From positions 70,707 through 134,706 of the forward strand of contig JAKMXF010000364.1 in NCBI GenBank assembly GCA_024704765.1: DNA of 64,000 nt, given 5' to 3'. Source of the stretch: Oopsacas minuta (taxonomy: Eukaryota > Animalia > Porifera). The position numbers and the translations under genes were made by a program. This document shows positions 49,601-62,879 of this stretch, in pieces; positions within the stretch are counted from its first letter, which is position 1; each line of letters opens with the position of its first letter. The notes below the pieces were generated by a model. The model ran no database searches and was not told where the DNA came from. It worked only from the letters and a program-made list of their open reading frames with translations.

Positions 49601-51757
49601 CCACTAACTTTCTCTCTGATAAATTGAATTGAAGCAAATCTCCCGTTGGGGATTAATCCATGATCTTCTTGATCTTGTTTACACTTAAAAATAAATTTAC
49701 ATATATCTCTCCCTGTTGAAAGCTGATTAACAGGCAATTCCGCTGGAGATCCAAAAATTGGGTGTGCCTATGTTAATCATGTCCTTTTTACTGCATATGC
49801 CATATAGATTATGAAGATATAGCACTAAATTAGGGCAATAATAAAGCTATAATAAGTATAAAGTAATATCAATCTGATAAGTAAAAATTTTGTAATGTAA
49901 TCACAACAATTATAGTTCATTACAAAGTGTATATCAAGTCCCATAAATATCATAGGGGATTCCTGTATCATATTTGAGTCAATAAACAGGCCTACAAAAA
50001 TGTTTTATTGCAGTTGTTTATATTTTGATCACTAATTTAGATTAATTTAGGTGCGCTGATTCTGAATATCTAGTCAGTTTTTTCTTATCACGTCAGGTTT
50101 TTTCACAACCATATAGCTACATTTTCAGAAAAAATTCGATTTTTGCCAAAAATTCACCACGATTACATATTACAACAATAACATTATGTACATGGTATAT
50201 ATATTCAAATTGTCTTATTTGCTTATCTACTCCATCAAGGAACAAAGGTAACATTATATGTTACAGGGAGCAAGAGTTTCAACAGTATTTCTGCGAAAAG
50301 AATGGTTTGGTGTTTTGTCCAAATGTTGAGGGTCTTCAACCGGCAATGAAAGTTCCGAACTACAATCCAAGTGACTGGAGGCTGTTAATTGACAGCTCCA
50401 AAAGGAGTCTGAAATGTGTACTACTCCATAATGGAAATATATTCGGTTCAATTCCTATAGGATATTCAGTTAAACTCAAAGAGGAGTACTATAATGTGAA
50501 AGAGATATTAGAGATTATTAACTACTCTGCACATGTTTGGGTCATCTGTGTTGATCTCAAAATGGTCAACTTTCTATTAGGACAACAATCTGGGTTCATT
50601 AAGTACCCCTGTTTTCTTTGTTATTGGGACAGTAGAAATAGGAACCAGCATTGGATAAGGAAAAGTGGCCTCCGAGAGAAAGTTTGAAAGTCGGGGCAAA
50701 AATGTAATCAATAACCCTCTGGTACATACAAATAAAATAATTCTACCTCCTTTCCACATTAAGCTTAGTTTAATGAAGCAATTCATCAAAGTACTGGCTA
50801 AAGACAGATATTGTTTCAAGTATATCCGAAATTATTTTCCAGAAATCAGTGAAGGGAAGAAAAAGGCAGGCATAATTGAAGGTCCACAGATTCGCAAGTT
50901 ACTTAGGGACAACAGCTTCAAAGATTCAATGAATGAGGAAGAGAAGAGAGCGTGGCAGGCTTTCTCTAATGTTGTTTCTAATTTCCTTGGTAATAAAAAG
51001 GCATTCAACTACAAAGAACTAGTTACAGAGTTAGTCAACAGCTATCATGCTCTTGGCTGTAATATGAGTATTAAAATTCATTATTTGAGAGACCATCTTG
51101 ATAGATTTCCGGATAATCTAGGTGATATGAGTGAAGAACAAGGTGAACGATTCCATCAAGACATAAAAGTGATGGAACAGCGATATCAAGGAAGATGGGA
51201 TACACATATGATGGCAGATTACTGTTGGTGCCTAAAAAGAGATTGTCCTAACGAACAGCATTCAAGAAAGTCAAATAAGAGAAAATTTTTAGATTGAATA
51301 GTGCTCATATTACATGTTTATAGTATCACTTTCTTCCATTCATATTAGGAACAATTATATCATTATTCTTAGTTAATGAAATATTGATATATTCAGAAAT
51401 TTAATTGATCCAATCTGACATATAAGGGTTGAAACCAATTTTGTTCTATAAATGTAGTAATAGGATTGTGAGATAACTTGACGTATTAGGGAGAAACTGA
51501 CTAAATATTTGGAATCAGCAACACAGAATTAGTATATATCAGTTGACAAAATCAATACAACTAAAAAGTATAGGCCTGTGATATCCTTATTAGTATGAGT
51601 AAGCACTATTAAGACAGGTACAAAATGAATAAACAGCTAAGAGGAGGGTATTTCAAATGAGTTCAAAATTTGCAGAATTATTAACTAACATAATCCAAAC
51701 AATCATATTCTAGTTCCAGTATAGAAATGAGATCTCTACATTTTTCAGTTCGCCCTA
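46633..51757 (-). mobile_element. hATm-type hAT element, defective
   Basis: About 165-bp TIRs (taggacgacctgaaaaatgta and tacatttttcagttcgcccta); 8-bp TSD ctaatcaa/gtaatcaa. RYGVSNRATAAIA, GIYFDGR, GCDGTNVNAG, CLLHNNELPLRHL, CHNQPVERAV. Confidence 0.82.
49985..51580 (+). mobile_element. Chapaev3-type element, internally deleted, nested in the hATm
   Basis: Ends (a)acaggcct and aggcctgtg, 3-bp flanks ata/ata. WRLLIDSSKRSLKCVLLHNGN, DLKMVNFLLGQQ, PCFLCYWDSR, PPFHIKL, SEEQGERFHQD, ADYCW. Confidence 0.82.
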
Positions 51758-51951
51758 GTAATCAATGACTTGTTGGATATGGCTTTCAGCAGATGTAACA
51801 TGAAATAGGTGATCAGAACTATCGGAAATAACCTTCGAGGTGGTGCTTGCGGTTGATAGAACAGAAGTATCACTCAGAACCGTTTCAGTTGCCGAATATC
51901 AAATCGAGCTATATATGGAATTGGGAACGTTCACTATTATGATACGAACTA

Positions 51952-53286
51952 CTATGGCGTTCAATAAGTCTTGCTGGTGATATCATTGAATATGATACAA
52001 ACACTATACACACTAATTCACTATATTATTATTCAAAGTAATCCCCTCCTGCAGATACACAAAGTTTTAACCTTTCCACCCACTTGTAAAACACATTTCT
52101 GTACTCTTCTTCGGGGATGGATTTGAAGTACTGGTACAGGCCAGTTCCGAGTGCTTGTAATGTGTTAAAATCTTTGCCTTGAAGGTAGATTTTAAGCTTG
52201 GGAAATAGCCAAAAATAACACGGAGCTAGATCTGGTGGGTATGATGGATGGGGAAGTAATTCTAACCCCTCTATATCCAAGAAATTTTTTGGTAAGCTTA
52301 GCTGTATGGGAACTAGCGTTATCAATTAAAATCTTCATTCCTCGAGTTCCGGTTTTCGGGCGGTACTTTTCTATATTTTTTATCAAATTTGGAAGCACTT
52401 GCTCTGTAAAGAAAGTAGCAGTAACAGCCTTGCCACTCTCACAAGGTAATTGCAAGACAATTCCATGACTACTGAAGAAGATGGTGTACATAATCTTAGG
52501 TTTTCTGAAGTCTGGCCTAGGAATTTTCTCCGGTTGTTCGTTGCCCCTCACCCATGATCACTTCTTATACTTGCTATATGGTGTTGAATAGTACACCCAC
52601 GTCTCGTCACCAGTAATAATCTCTGTTAGGAGTCTAGAATCGCAGTTCTCATAAGTTTCCAAGAGTTCCCTGGCAATATTCAGTCATGCTAACCTTTGAT
52701 TCTAACTGAGTTTATGCGTACCCATTTCCCACAAATCGATCGGTAGCCAAGCTCAGTCGTCAGAATTGTATGAATAGCTCCCGATGAAATCTCTATTCTT
52801 TGTTCTAACTGATTGGCAGTAATGCACTTGTCTTCCATGACCATACTTTCAAATCAGTGCGATATTTTCTGAAGTGGTGGCGGATACCGGTCTTCCAGAT
52901 CGAGGCAAATCTGTGACATCAGCATCACCAGATCTAAAACGGGCAGCCCGTCGCTCTACAGTAGATCTGGAAGGGCAATCCACGCACAATATCTCCTGTA
53001 ACTCGCTGAAGATCTGTACGGGCTGGATCTTGAGTATTGTGCGAAAATCTATGTAAGCTCGCCATTTGAGGTTGAAATTATCATCCTTTGAAGCCATAAA
53101 TTCAACAGTGGGTATGAATTGACTACACGTAATTTTCTTAAAAATTCATAATTTGCATTGAATAAGCTTGAAACTTTCAGTATATGGAGTTTAAACATGT
53201 GGACTTATAATATCTGAACGTTTGATATATTACTTGAATAATTCCTGAGAAATAACATGACCCGTAAGACTTATTGAACGCCCTGA
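51952..53286 (-). mobile_element. mariner (DD34D), full length, defective
   Basis: TIRs ctatggcgttcaataagtctt and aagacttattgaacgccctga with TA flanks. MASKDD...PRSGRP, IITGDETW, DNASSHT, HPSYPPDLAP. Confidence 0.92.
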
Positions 53287-55599
53287 TATATGTCAAACAC
53301 AACTAGTTAATGATATTTTCAATGGAATCTCTTACCATCTAGCAACCCATTCGCTCCAAAATCTACATGTTGCTGTTGGACCTTATGTAGAGTAGCCTAT
53401 CCTTCAGTAAATTAATTATTGTAAAATTCTTGAGAACAAAAAGTGAAATATCATTGAGTAATAACCTGTTTTGATATAGGCTCAAATATTTCTGTAGATA
53501 ATTTAATGAAATTTGGAGGCCATAAACTACCTATGGACATAATGCCAATGACATAATCTGTAAATTCATAGATTTTGCTTAATATAGTTTACCGAAACTA
53601 AATTCTGAACGAGTGTTCAAACATAGCTTGGAATATTGAAATTAACTAAATGGGAAATTTAAGGCCAAATACTGTTTTATAGAACAGCGTTGCGAACTTT
53701 TTGATTGCCCTAAGAAATTTAGCACTAAATTTTTTCTCCCAGGAGGCGCAGGGTTAGAGGTACTAGTTCAATGTCATCACGCTATTTGACTTCCACCAGG
53801 TGTTGACTTATTACTTTCTCTTCATCGGCCCGAAGTGAAACAAGACAGGTCATCTTAGTGGTGTTTACAGTACCCAGTCCTGATCAGCGCCAAGTGGCTC
53901 AACTTTTGACTAATCGAGTACTCTCCAATGAGATTTCAATCGACTGAATTGTTCTATCTCTGTGCCCAAGGAATCAAGAATACATCAGAGCCTGCAGCTT
54001 ATACAATTCTAGCATTTGATCTTGGTATGCAAGAACATCAACTGCGAGTAATGAAGCTCTGGACAAATGTGATCTCCTAAATCAACTCCTGTATAGTTTG
54101 TTGCAGTGCTAAATTACAGGGCCCAAGATTCTTTTCTACTTCTACCATTCATGAATGATCAAAAGATCTTCTGACACATCAGTTCAGGGTCTCGTCCAGG
54201 TTCTCAGGACCCTGCTCCTAAAAATGAATTCTATTTCATTTCATCATCCTAACACCACATTTTCATTACGATATTTCCGCCTGGAGAGAGAGTTTTTGTG
54301 TGCTGTCCAGCGGTGATTTAAGGCAGAGTCCTTAATGACGCAGGATCGTGGCAGTGGTGATCGCGACACAATTTTATACTCCTTTTCTCTTTTTTTGACA
54401 AAGAATCTTCGTCATTATTTTAGAGAAATAGCAATACCTTAGATCCGTCCATTTCAATTTCCCCAGATTGAGGTTACGTGTAAGGAATGTTGACTTATCG
54501 GACGAAACCAATTTGTTGAAGTGAAGGTTATCAAAATTATCGCCTTCAGAAATTCTTTTGCAATAAGAGCAATGTTATAGCATCATGGTGTAGCAACTGC
54601 AAAGAATATATCATCAAACCAACATACTAAATAATGCTGATACCTTCTGAACCAGCTAATTGAGATAACGCGGCCATAGTACCTCTCTGTCTCGAGGCAT
54701 AGACTTTTAGAATCTGATTTTTTCTAATCTTCTAGGGATTTCCGTTCAGGGATATTCGAATAACCACCGACAGAGCAGCTGGGGCTGGAGTTTCTGTACT
54801 TGTTATTTAGTCTTGATGCTTTAGAACTATTTGTTCTAGATTATTTTCGGACTGATCGTGGTGCAGTCGTTCTCTAAGCCGAGTAGACCTCAAATGGAGG
54901 CTCTTCATTATTCTACTTTCCAAATTGACATCTACTTTAGCATTTCGATTGCCTTGTTTGGTATCCAAAATACTTCATTTACTTCATGAAGTGTTAATGA
55001 CATTTGACAGCTTGGTATGACAATGATTATTTTAAATTCTTTGATATTCACTAATTTTGGTTTAAATGTATATTTATTTTTGTAGTTGACATAATATAAT
55101 ATCACATCCTTATACCACATATCAAGATCACAATATTATGCTTCATACAAGATTAGGCAACAATACTAATGAGTTGCTTAGTTACAAGTGTTTGTTATTG
55201 AAACAAGATACTATTAAGAATATCTCATTAGTAATGAATTATAAGAAACGAAATAAATTGAATATTTTGGAAATTTAGTATGACATCTTAATTTTCACTG
55301 CTAACTCATTCTCAAACTCTGAGTTAACAAAAACATTTGCTTCGTTGAAATCCTAGTATCCAAATCTCAGAGGAAAATACTATAATTGTTGAGGTTATTT
55401 CCTACTGGAAATATTTACCCCAAATTACCAATTGTGCTTAGCTATATATAACCGTTTAGAACACATTGATATCTCTGAAATTAGTGATGCCACAGTCCTG
55501 GTCCTTTGGGGAACCTCAAGGCCACTCAAAAATTTCAAAGTGGCCCCCCCCAAGATAGCGGACCGTGGTATCAACATAGGTAGAGATCATAATGTATTC

Positions 55600-55830
55600 T
55601 AAATGGTTATTTGTAGCTAAGATATCTAAACAAAGCAGGATTAAGTCCGATATTTCGATTTCCCACGGCTAGCATAAATTCGGCCCACAACTTCCTTCAA
55701 CATTTCCAAAACCAGGGATGGAGTATTTTGCTGTATTAAAGTTGTGGGACGAATTTTGTGCTAGCCGGAGCGAAATCGAGAAATCGGATACAATCCTGCC
55801 TTGAATACATATCTAGGCTACAACATATAC
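55600..55830. mobile_element. Palindromic MITE (~100-bp imperfect arms)
   Basis: caggattaagtccgatatttcgatttc...gctagcataaattcggcccacaactt is inverted against aagttgtgggacgaattttgtgctagc...gaaatcgagaaatcggatacaatcctg. Confidence 0.65.
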
Positions 55831-56190
55831 TGATCTAATAAATAGTGATGCGAATATTTACGTTTTGCATTTAATAATGTATATTTATTACTTACAAATA
55901 TATTTTCAATTTTGTTATCTGGTATCCTGAGTATGATAATATTTATACGCATGTCTTTGCTGGTAGACAGATTCCTCTATTTATAGCTATTTCTCCGCTG
56001 TGCCATCGTTCTTTATCGATTATACTAGGATTCTAGTGCTATCTAATGCAACATATGGCAGTCGGGCATAGATTTGAGATCCTCCACATTTCAATAGATG
56101 CACATTAATCTCTTCTTCTAAATTGGTTATTCCAATGATCCAATTACTTTTATTACCTGATTCTTTTCTATTCATATTTTCCTTTTGTAG

Positions 56191-56512
56191 ATCTATTACT
56201 CATTGGGCTATTCGACGCCATGTGATTGAACCTCATATCGTTTCTACACGTTTAGTTACAATTAGCAAAGATATCCGGTTTATGCAGGTTATTTTTCAGT
56301 TCACTTCGGATCAAGCTCTAGTTAAATATAATGCAAATGGCCAAGTAATTTGTGGAGATATTTCTAAAGTTGAAACAGTGAAAGACTTCATTGTCTTTGA
56401 AAAGATGTTAAATTTTCCTTATGGATCTTGGAAGATTGTTGATAGAATAGGTGGGTTTGATAAATCAATTTCAAGTTTCCAATATCAATTGCAGAGTGAT
56501 TATACTAGATAA
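56191..56512 (+). CDS. mrpl45: Terminal exon of mitochondrial ribosomal protein L45 (mL45, Tim44-like domain)
   Basis: Pyrimidine tract plus AG acceptor ending at 56190. SITHWAIRRHVIEPHIV...QVIFQFTSDQALVKYNANGQVICG...IVFEKMLNFPYGSWKIVDRI matches my recollection of the MRPL45 C-terminus (QTLAIYDRFGRLMYG...VVFEKQLTNPYGSWRM). Upstream exons not identified. Confidence 0.8.
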
Positions 56513-57697
56513 ATGTTGGATGATGGACACTTACAAATATGATAATACATATTTCATAATCATTTGAATCATTTTGTATTTTTCACCCTCTTTTATATCA
56601 ACAAGAATGGTATTATTTTCAGCACACTAACTCCAGTATTCTTTTTGGTAAATTGCTTCTGACTATATGTTTTGATGTTTGCCAAGTACATAACAATACT
56701 GTATGTGCATATGTCAATGTATTATTTGTATAATTTAATTTCGTATAGAATTTGAAATTATATACTCAATTACAGTTAATTTTTGACGCTTTGCAACGTT
56801 TACATTTACGAGACTGAGCCTCAAGGCCTACATGGTGGTGCTTTTGTGAATATGGCCAGATATGATCAGTTTGGAGTGTTCTATGAGGAAATTTTTAATT
56901 AATTACTTAAGGGATTTTATTAATGATACAACTATTGATCATTAATTAATTATTTAGTATACATTTATCAGGTTTGTGAAGAATCACAAGTGGTATTTAA
57001 GTCATAGAGAGCGCAATGTCATACTGTTTGAACAGAATTTAGTGTTGCTTATTGAATGTTCAAGTCACTATGAAACCATGATTATATTCTATGTAAGTTA
57101 GTAATTTCCTCACACAACAAACAAAATTATTTTAATATATTATGTGGCACATATGATGAATCATTTAATTGCTCCATAATATATGTACAAATTTAAAGCA
57201 GAGCTTATTTCTTGTACGAAGTTAGATTTTATCATATTTAGGTCCGAAAAATATTATTCTTGAATAGTTAACTATGGACATATTTGACATCTTGCTGGTA
57301 TTTAGGCCTAGTCGAAGAGGGAAATGCACGAATGCAGAAAATTGGTCGGCAGGCTCATTCGGGTCTCAAATTTCCAGATTACACCCATTCCCCATTTACA
57401 TTTTCAAATGTAAATATCATTTAACCAGTGATTTTTGTGTCAATATGTTTAGCCTCTTCCTCTTACAACAGTTTTTCAATGACTTTTCTTATCAGAATAT
57501 GCCATATCGTTGTTGGTTGAATGTTACTATTTGTAGCAAATTTCTGAGGAACCCATAAATTTCAACCATCATATCGAGAAATATGTGATTTTTAACAAAT
57601 TTTACACAAAAATTGATTATTTATTCAAGAAATTTGTCGTAGAATTCACCACTTTTGATGCATATTTCAATTTTGTAAGCTATACTTTCCTCTAATG

Positions 57698-58438
57698 TAG
57701 CGGCGCTCAAACGGTGGCCCGCGAGACCATTCGCTGTCGCCCGCGGATAATTCACTTGTTCTAATTATTAATATATATTCAGTAGATTGACAAGCATCAA
57801 TCGTCAAATTTTACTTGTTTTTTCTAAACACCATATAGAAAACATTATATATACTCTACAAATGCGTCAATCTTCCTAGTATGAATACATCATTTGGTAA
57901 CTATAGTTTGCATTTACGAATTCTATCAATTATTAGAGCTTCACACAAGGAACACATAATTATGTGAAAAGATGTTCTCCTGCATGAAGCATACAAAATC
58001 CACAATTTGATCAACCATCACTGATTCACATTTGAGTAGTGTCTTCGTTTAGCAACGACTGATATAGAAGCAGATTTTGATTTATTAGATAAATCTATGC
58101 AATATCATAACTCTCGTTAGCCAGACTTCGTAGTTTATGTGGATTTTTTTGCAATGTTATTCTACTATGGACAGTACATAGTATACCTCAAATCTAGGTT
58201 TAGTACTATTGCTGAGTTCAGAAGGAACATCAAATGATTCGAAACCATTTAAATGATTATAATTAATATCAAAAACCTGAATTTACAAGTTGATTATATT
58301 GTTTATGCCATATGAGGTCAAATAGTATATCATGAAAAATTATTAAAATTAAGCCAGAGGCGATCTATTATTTGTGGCCTGTAAGGCGGAGCCTAATTTT
58401 TAAATTGGCCCGTGGATTTAAAAGTTTGGGCACCCCTG
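57698..58438 (+). mobile_element. hAT-Buster element, internally deleted
   Basis: Ends tagcggcgctcaaac and agtttgggcacccctg; perfect TSD CTCTAATG (central TA); remnant ICEKMFSCMKHTKS. Confidence 0.85.
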
Positions 58439-59568
58439 CTCTAATGTATTCCCCATTCCCCGATAATAAAGCTTCATTTCTATGGAAATGAATATAGGAG
58501 GACCAAAATTGCTCCACACTATAGAGGTTCCCCTTTTATTGAGACCTCAATTATAGTTTACTCTGTAATACCAAAGTTTGCTTGTTTTTGAGTTACAGTA
58601 CACACCATATATCACACATTTTAGAATATTCAGTTGATAATCGTGATAGTTGTTGTTTGATAGGATAACCAATTTTTAGTAAATACCCGATTTCTCCGAA
58701 GATATGTACTTTTAAAATGATCATATATAGTATTTTCACTATTACGCCTAATTGGTAACAGATATCATCAATATCTATTTCAAAGGCATGAGGAGTCGGT
58801 CTTTACTACAAATTTGGCATCCTGAATAAACTACATCATTTACGATTATTGAGTAATCCTTTATTGAATATTCATAAAAATGTTTGATCCATGTTGTCAA
58901 TTGTAATTCAAGAAAGAGCCAATGTTTATATTACGACTTTGCTAATATTTGTATAAAAGTATCTATGGAGCCAGAAAATGCAACAATCCTTCAAAATACC
59001 AATTTATCACGACCCTCTAGAATATTTTCTAGTATAATTACTCCTTTTTGACTATGCACCAAAATTTGGTATTTTCGAAAATTTTCTATCTATTTACTAT
59101 TACATCGCTACGAAAAGATTATGCGCCACAAGCTTGTTCACGGAAATATGGGTTGCATATATGTGTTAATAATTTGTTCTTCTCCATGTAAGCAACATAT
59201 ATTCGGGCAAAAATGTACCTTTTATGAAATTTTGAACCTACGTTATATCCATCCCATTCAAAATCCAAGAGGACTAGTGAGACCTTGTGTTTAGTAGGTT
59301 ATGTATAATAATTTCATTTAGCCTTTAGTCCGCTTTCCTCAAATTCTCTTAAAGCATTGACCGGAAGTGAATTCATAATTGTGGGCTACTATAGCGAACG
59401 ACCGACTCCTTTCCTTATTAGACTGGCTTGATTAAGTGATTAGTATTTGAGATTCCAACTTTTCACATACGTGAATTAAGTCACATATGCACCGGCGACA
59501 ACAGGCATGTTTGACTTTATTCCTAGTTAATAGAATATTCAATTCAAGCCTTGCTTTATTGACTAAGC

Positions 59569-61866
59569 CAGTGGTCCTCAAACTGTGGTACGCGAGCTCC
59601 TTCTGGTGGTACGCGAGGTATCTCATTATTATTTAGGTATATGTCAAAATTTGAATATTTTATACTAAAATACTCCTTGTAATACGTTAGTAAAGGTAAA
59701 AGCATATGGATGGTTGGCTCAGAACAGTGACCGTAAGGAAGAGAAGTGAGAATGGAGAGGACAATATTTCGATTGTAACTGACGAATTGGAGTACTGTGA
59801 AGCGACCACAAGTGCCTGTGGTAGGAAAGTGAGTGAAGTCTGCACGACAGCTAACGTTTGTAGCAAACGCCGCAAAGTTATAAGAGAATATGATCAGAGT
59901 TATCTCAGATTTGGATTCAGTTGGACCGGGGCGGAGGGAAAGTCTAGGCCGCAGTGTCTAATGTGTGGTGATGTTCTCAGCAATGAAAGCATGAAGCCTG
60001 CGCATCTCAAACGGCATCTTACAACCAAACACGCAGTATTAAAAGACAAACCGATTGCATTCTTTCAGAGAAAACTTGATGAACTGAGGCAGTCAAAGGC
60101 AATGATTATGTCCTGTGTTACACCCGTAGCCAAAGCACAGGAAGTCTCCTACTGTGCCAGCCTACGCATAGCCAAAGCCGGTAAGCCACGTAATATTGGC
60201 GAGGAGCTGTGTCTACCGTTAGCAAAAGAGATCACACATATTATGTGTGGGGAGAAGGCTGCCAGACAGTTAAACTTGGTGCCGCTTTCAAACGACACCG
60301 TATCGCGGAGAATAATCGACATGGCAGATGACGTTAAAAACATATTGATCGAGCGCATCAAGAAGAGTCGTTATTTTTCAATACAGCTAGACGAGACAAC
60401 TGACGTAGCAGATTTAGCTAATTTGCTAGTTTATGTCAGATACGAATACGATGGAGCATCTCAAGAGGACTTTTTGTTCAGTCAGACACTGATAACGAGA
60501 ACTACAGCAGAGCATATTTTTCTGTTATTGAATACTTTTATGGAAGAGAATTGTCTCGATTGGAAAAAGTGTGTTGGAGTTTGCATCGATGGCGCCAGGG
60601 CCATGACCGGTCGCCACAACGGGGTAGCAGCTCGAATTAGGGAAGTGGCCACCGAGATGCGATGGACCCACTGCAACATTCATCGCGAAGCCCTAGCAGT
60701 GGAGAAAATGCCTGAAGATCTAAAGTCAGTGTTGGACTCTGCTGTAAAAACGGTGAATTTTATCAAGGCACGTCCAATGAATTCCCGTCCTCTTTGGTGT
60801 GCTCTGTGATGAAATAGGCAGCGAGCATGTCCAACTCTTGCTCCATACCGAAGTAAGATGGTTGTCAAGAGGAAAGGTACTTACGAGGCTGTTCGAATTG
60901 CACTGGGAGGTGCAGATGTTCCTACAAGACAAACAATTTCCCTTGTTACACCTTTTTGAAAACAGTGAGTGGCTGAGTCAACTGGCTTACCTGTCAGACA
61001 TTTTCTCTCGCTTGAACGACCTAAATTTGGGACTACAAGGACTGTCTATTACTGTTTTTGACGTGAATGACAAAATCAACGCAATGGTGAAAAAGCTGCA
61101 GCTGTTTGAGATGAAAATCAAGGCAGGTGATGTTTCAGCTTTCCCCACTTTGGAGAGTTTTATATCTGAGAACAAGCTGACCCTTGATGATAGTGTCAGA
61201 GACAACATTGTGGCGCACATTGATTCACTGAGACAACAGTTCGCAACTACTATCCAGTATCAGCAGAAGTCAACAACTGGATGAGGAACCCGTTCACCGT
61301 CGAAGTTGGTGACATGCCTGAGGATTTCAGCACCGGTGAGCAGGAGAGTTCTTTGGAATTATCTTGCGACGAAGCGTTAAAGTCCGATTTCAAAAGGATT
61401 TCATTGTTGGACTTTTGGATACAAAGACACGGCGAATACCCAGCGCTTTCGGACAGGGCCACACGGTTTCTTCTTCCATTCGCGACTACATATCTGTGCG
61501 AAAAAGGCTTCTCATCTCTTGTTGCGATCAAGACAAAATACAGAAATAGGATGGAGGCCGAGCCAGACCTGAGATTGAAGCTGACCTCGATTGACCCAGA
61601 CATCGCAGGGCTTTGTTCACGAAAGCAGGCGTACCCTTCTCACTGATAGACCTGTAAGTCGATGTACCAAAATGTATCTCCATGAACATTATTTCAATGA
61701 TCCTAATGTTGATCATATTCTATTTATTGATATTTGTTTATTTTACGAGCGTTCTTCATATGCTCCATTATTCGGGGGTGAATTTAGATATCGATCTTTA
61801 TGGTGGTACGCGGAGACTCTAATATTTAGTGAAGTGGTACGTGCTGGAAAAGTTTGAGAACCACTG
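59569..61866 (+). mobile_element. hAT-Buster (Charlie/ZBED5-like) transposon with frameshifted transposase (59706-61646)
   Basis: TIRs cagtggtcctcaaact and agtttgagaaccactg. PQCLMC...[55 protein letters not shown]. Flanks gactaagc/ctctacat do not match. Confidence 0.92.
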
Positions 61867-61920
61867 CTCTACATCCATCTATCATAATGTTTCTATGTTA
61901 GAGTAACCCTTTTGCGGATC

Positions 61921-62570
61921 ATGTCTGTACTACTCACGAACAATGATGCATATAGTTTGTATATTTCGAATGGAAGAAGTGTTACAGTCTCTGTTAGGAA
62001 ACTTATCGAGAAGAACCATTTATCGGATGAAGAAACTGCTACTCTCCATTTCAAATTTAAATCACTTCTAACATCCAGAGAGGCTTACCGCAGGAAGGAC
62101 CTTGAAACATGGGATGACATGATTTTCCACTCTACTCATCTAGCAATATCCAATCCGAGAGAGAGAATATCGCTTGATCCTGAATTTTCTTCTTTAGTTC
62201 CTAATTCTGAAATCGAAACTTTTCAGATCAGATTGTAACTGAATCGTGAAGCATATGCTCGAATGCCGCATGAAGACTTCCAGATCGAGACTTGGTGTTC
62301 TTTTGGAGCCTGTGGACTTTTAGCAGAGAGAGAAAAGATGGAACCTAAACAACTACTCGCTCTCGCTCTAAAATTAGTCTCAAATAAATCCTATGACCGT
62401 GATACTTCAGACATGTGCAGAAAAATAATCGATAAGAGATCTTTTGACGGTGTATTGAACAAAGTAGAAATCTCTAAATGTGCTTGTATATTGGACAGCT
62501 TAGAAATTGGGGCGAGTGAATACATGAATCTGAAAATAATTCTCAAAAGTGTGTTAACTCCACTAAATAC
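61921..62570 (+). pseudogene. RAG1-like transposase N-terminal fragment (copy E)
   Basis: SRSRLGVLLE (alternate frame), KQLLALALKLVSNK and DSLEIGASEYMNLK parallel QRSRLSNVLE, KIAALALQLLSNQ and DLLEIGRRKYTQLR of 23625-25709. Confidence 0.65.
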
Positions 62571-62879
62571 ATCAAAACATGTTGAATTCGATTTTCACAG
62601 TTGGATTGATCATATGTATATTTATTGTTGTTTTTATGAATATAAAGAAAGCAAAATTTCAAAATTGAGGTGCAATCCTACTTTCAACGACTCTACTGGG
62701 GTAATCGAGAATGTTGAGTCTGATTATCGAAACAATATCAATATTTTTAAATCTCAATTATTGTTTGTTTGTTGAAAACCTCAAGGCGCAATGCGCCGAG
62801 TTCATCACGAAGAGACGAGCCAATCGCTCGTTCCAAATAGACAAAGAGATATTTGTAGAGGGAAGTCCCATCTGCGAAC

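Noticed and set aside
40758-51297. One Chapaev3 gene split across 9 kb
   Set aside because: The 49985-51580 piece has its own ends and 3-bp flanks and is nested in an hATm, so the two fragments are independent copies.
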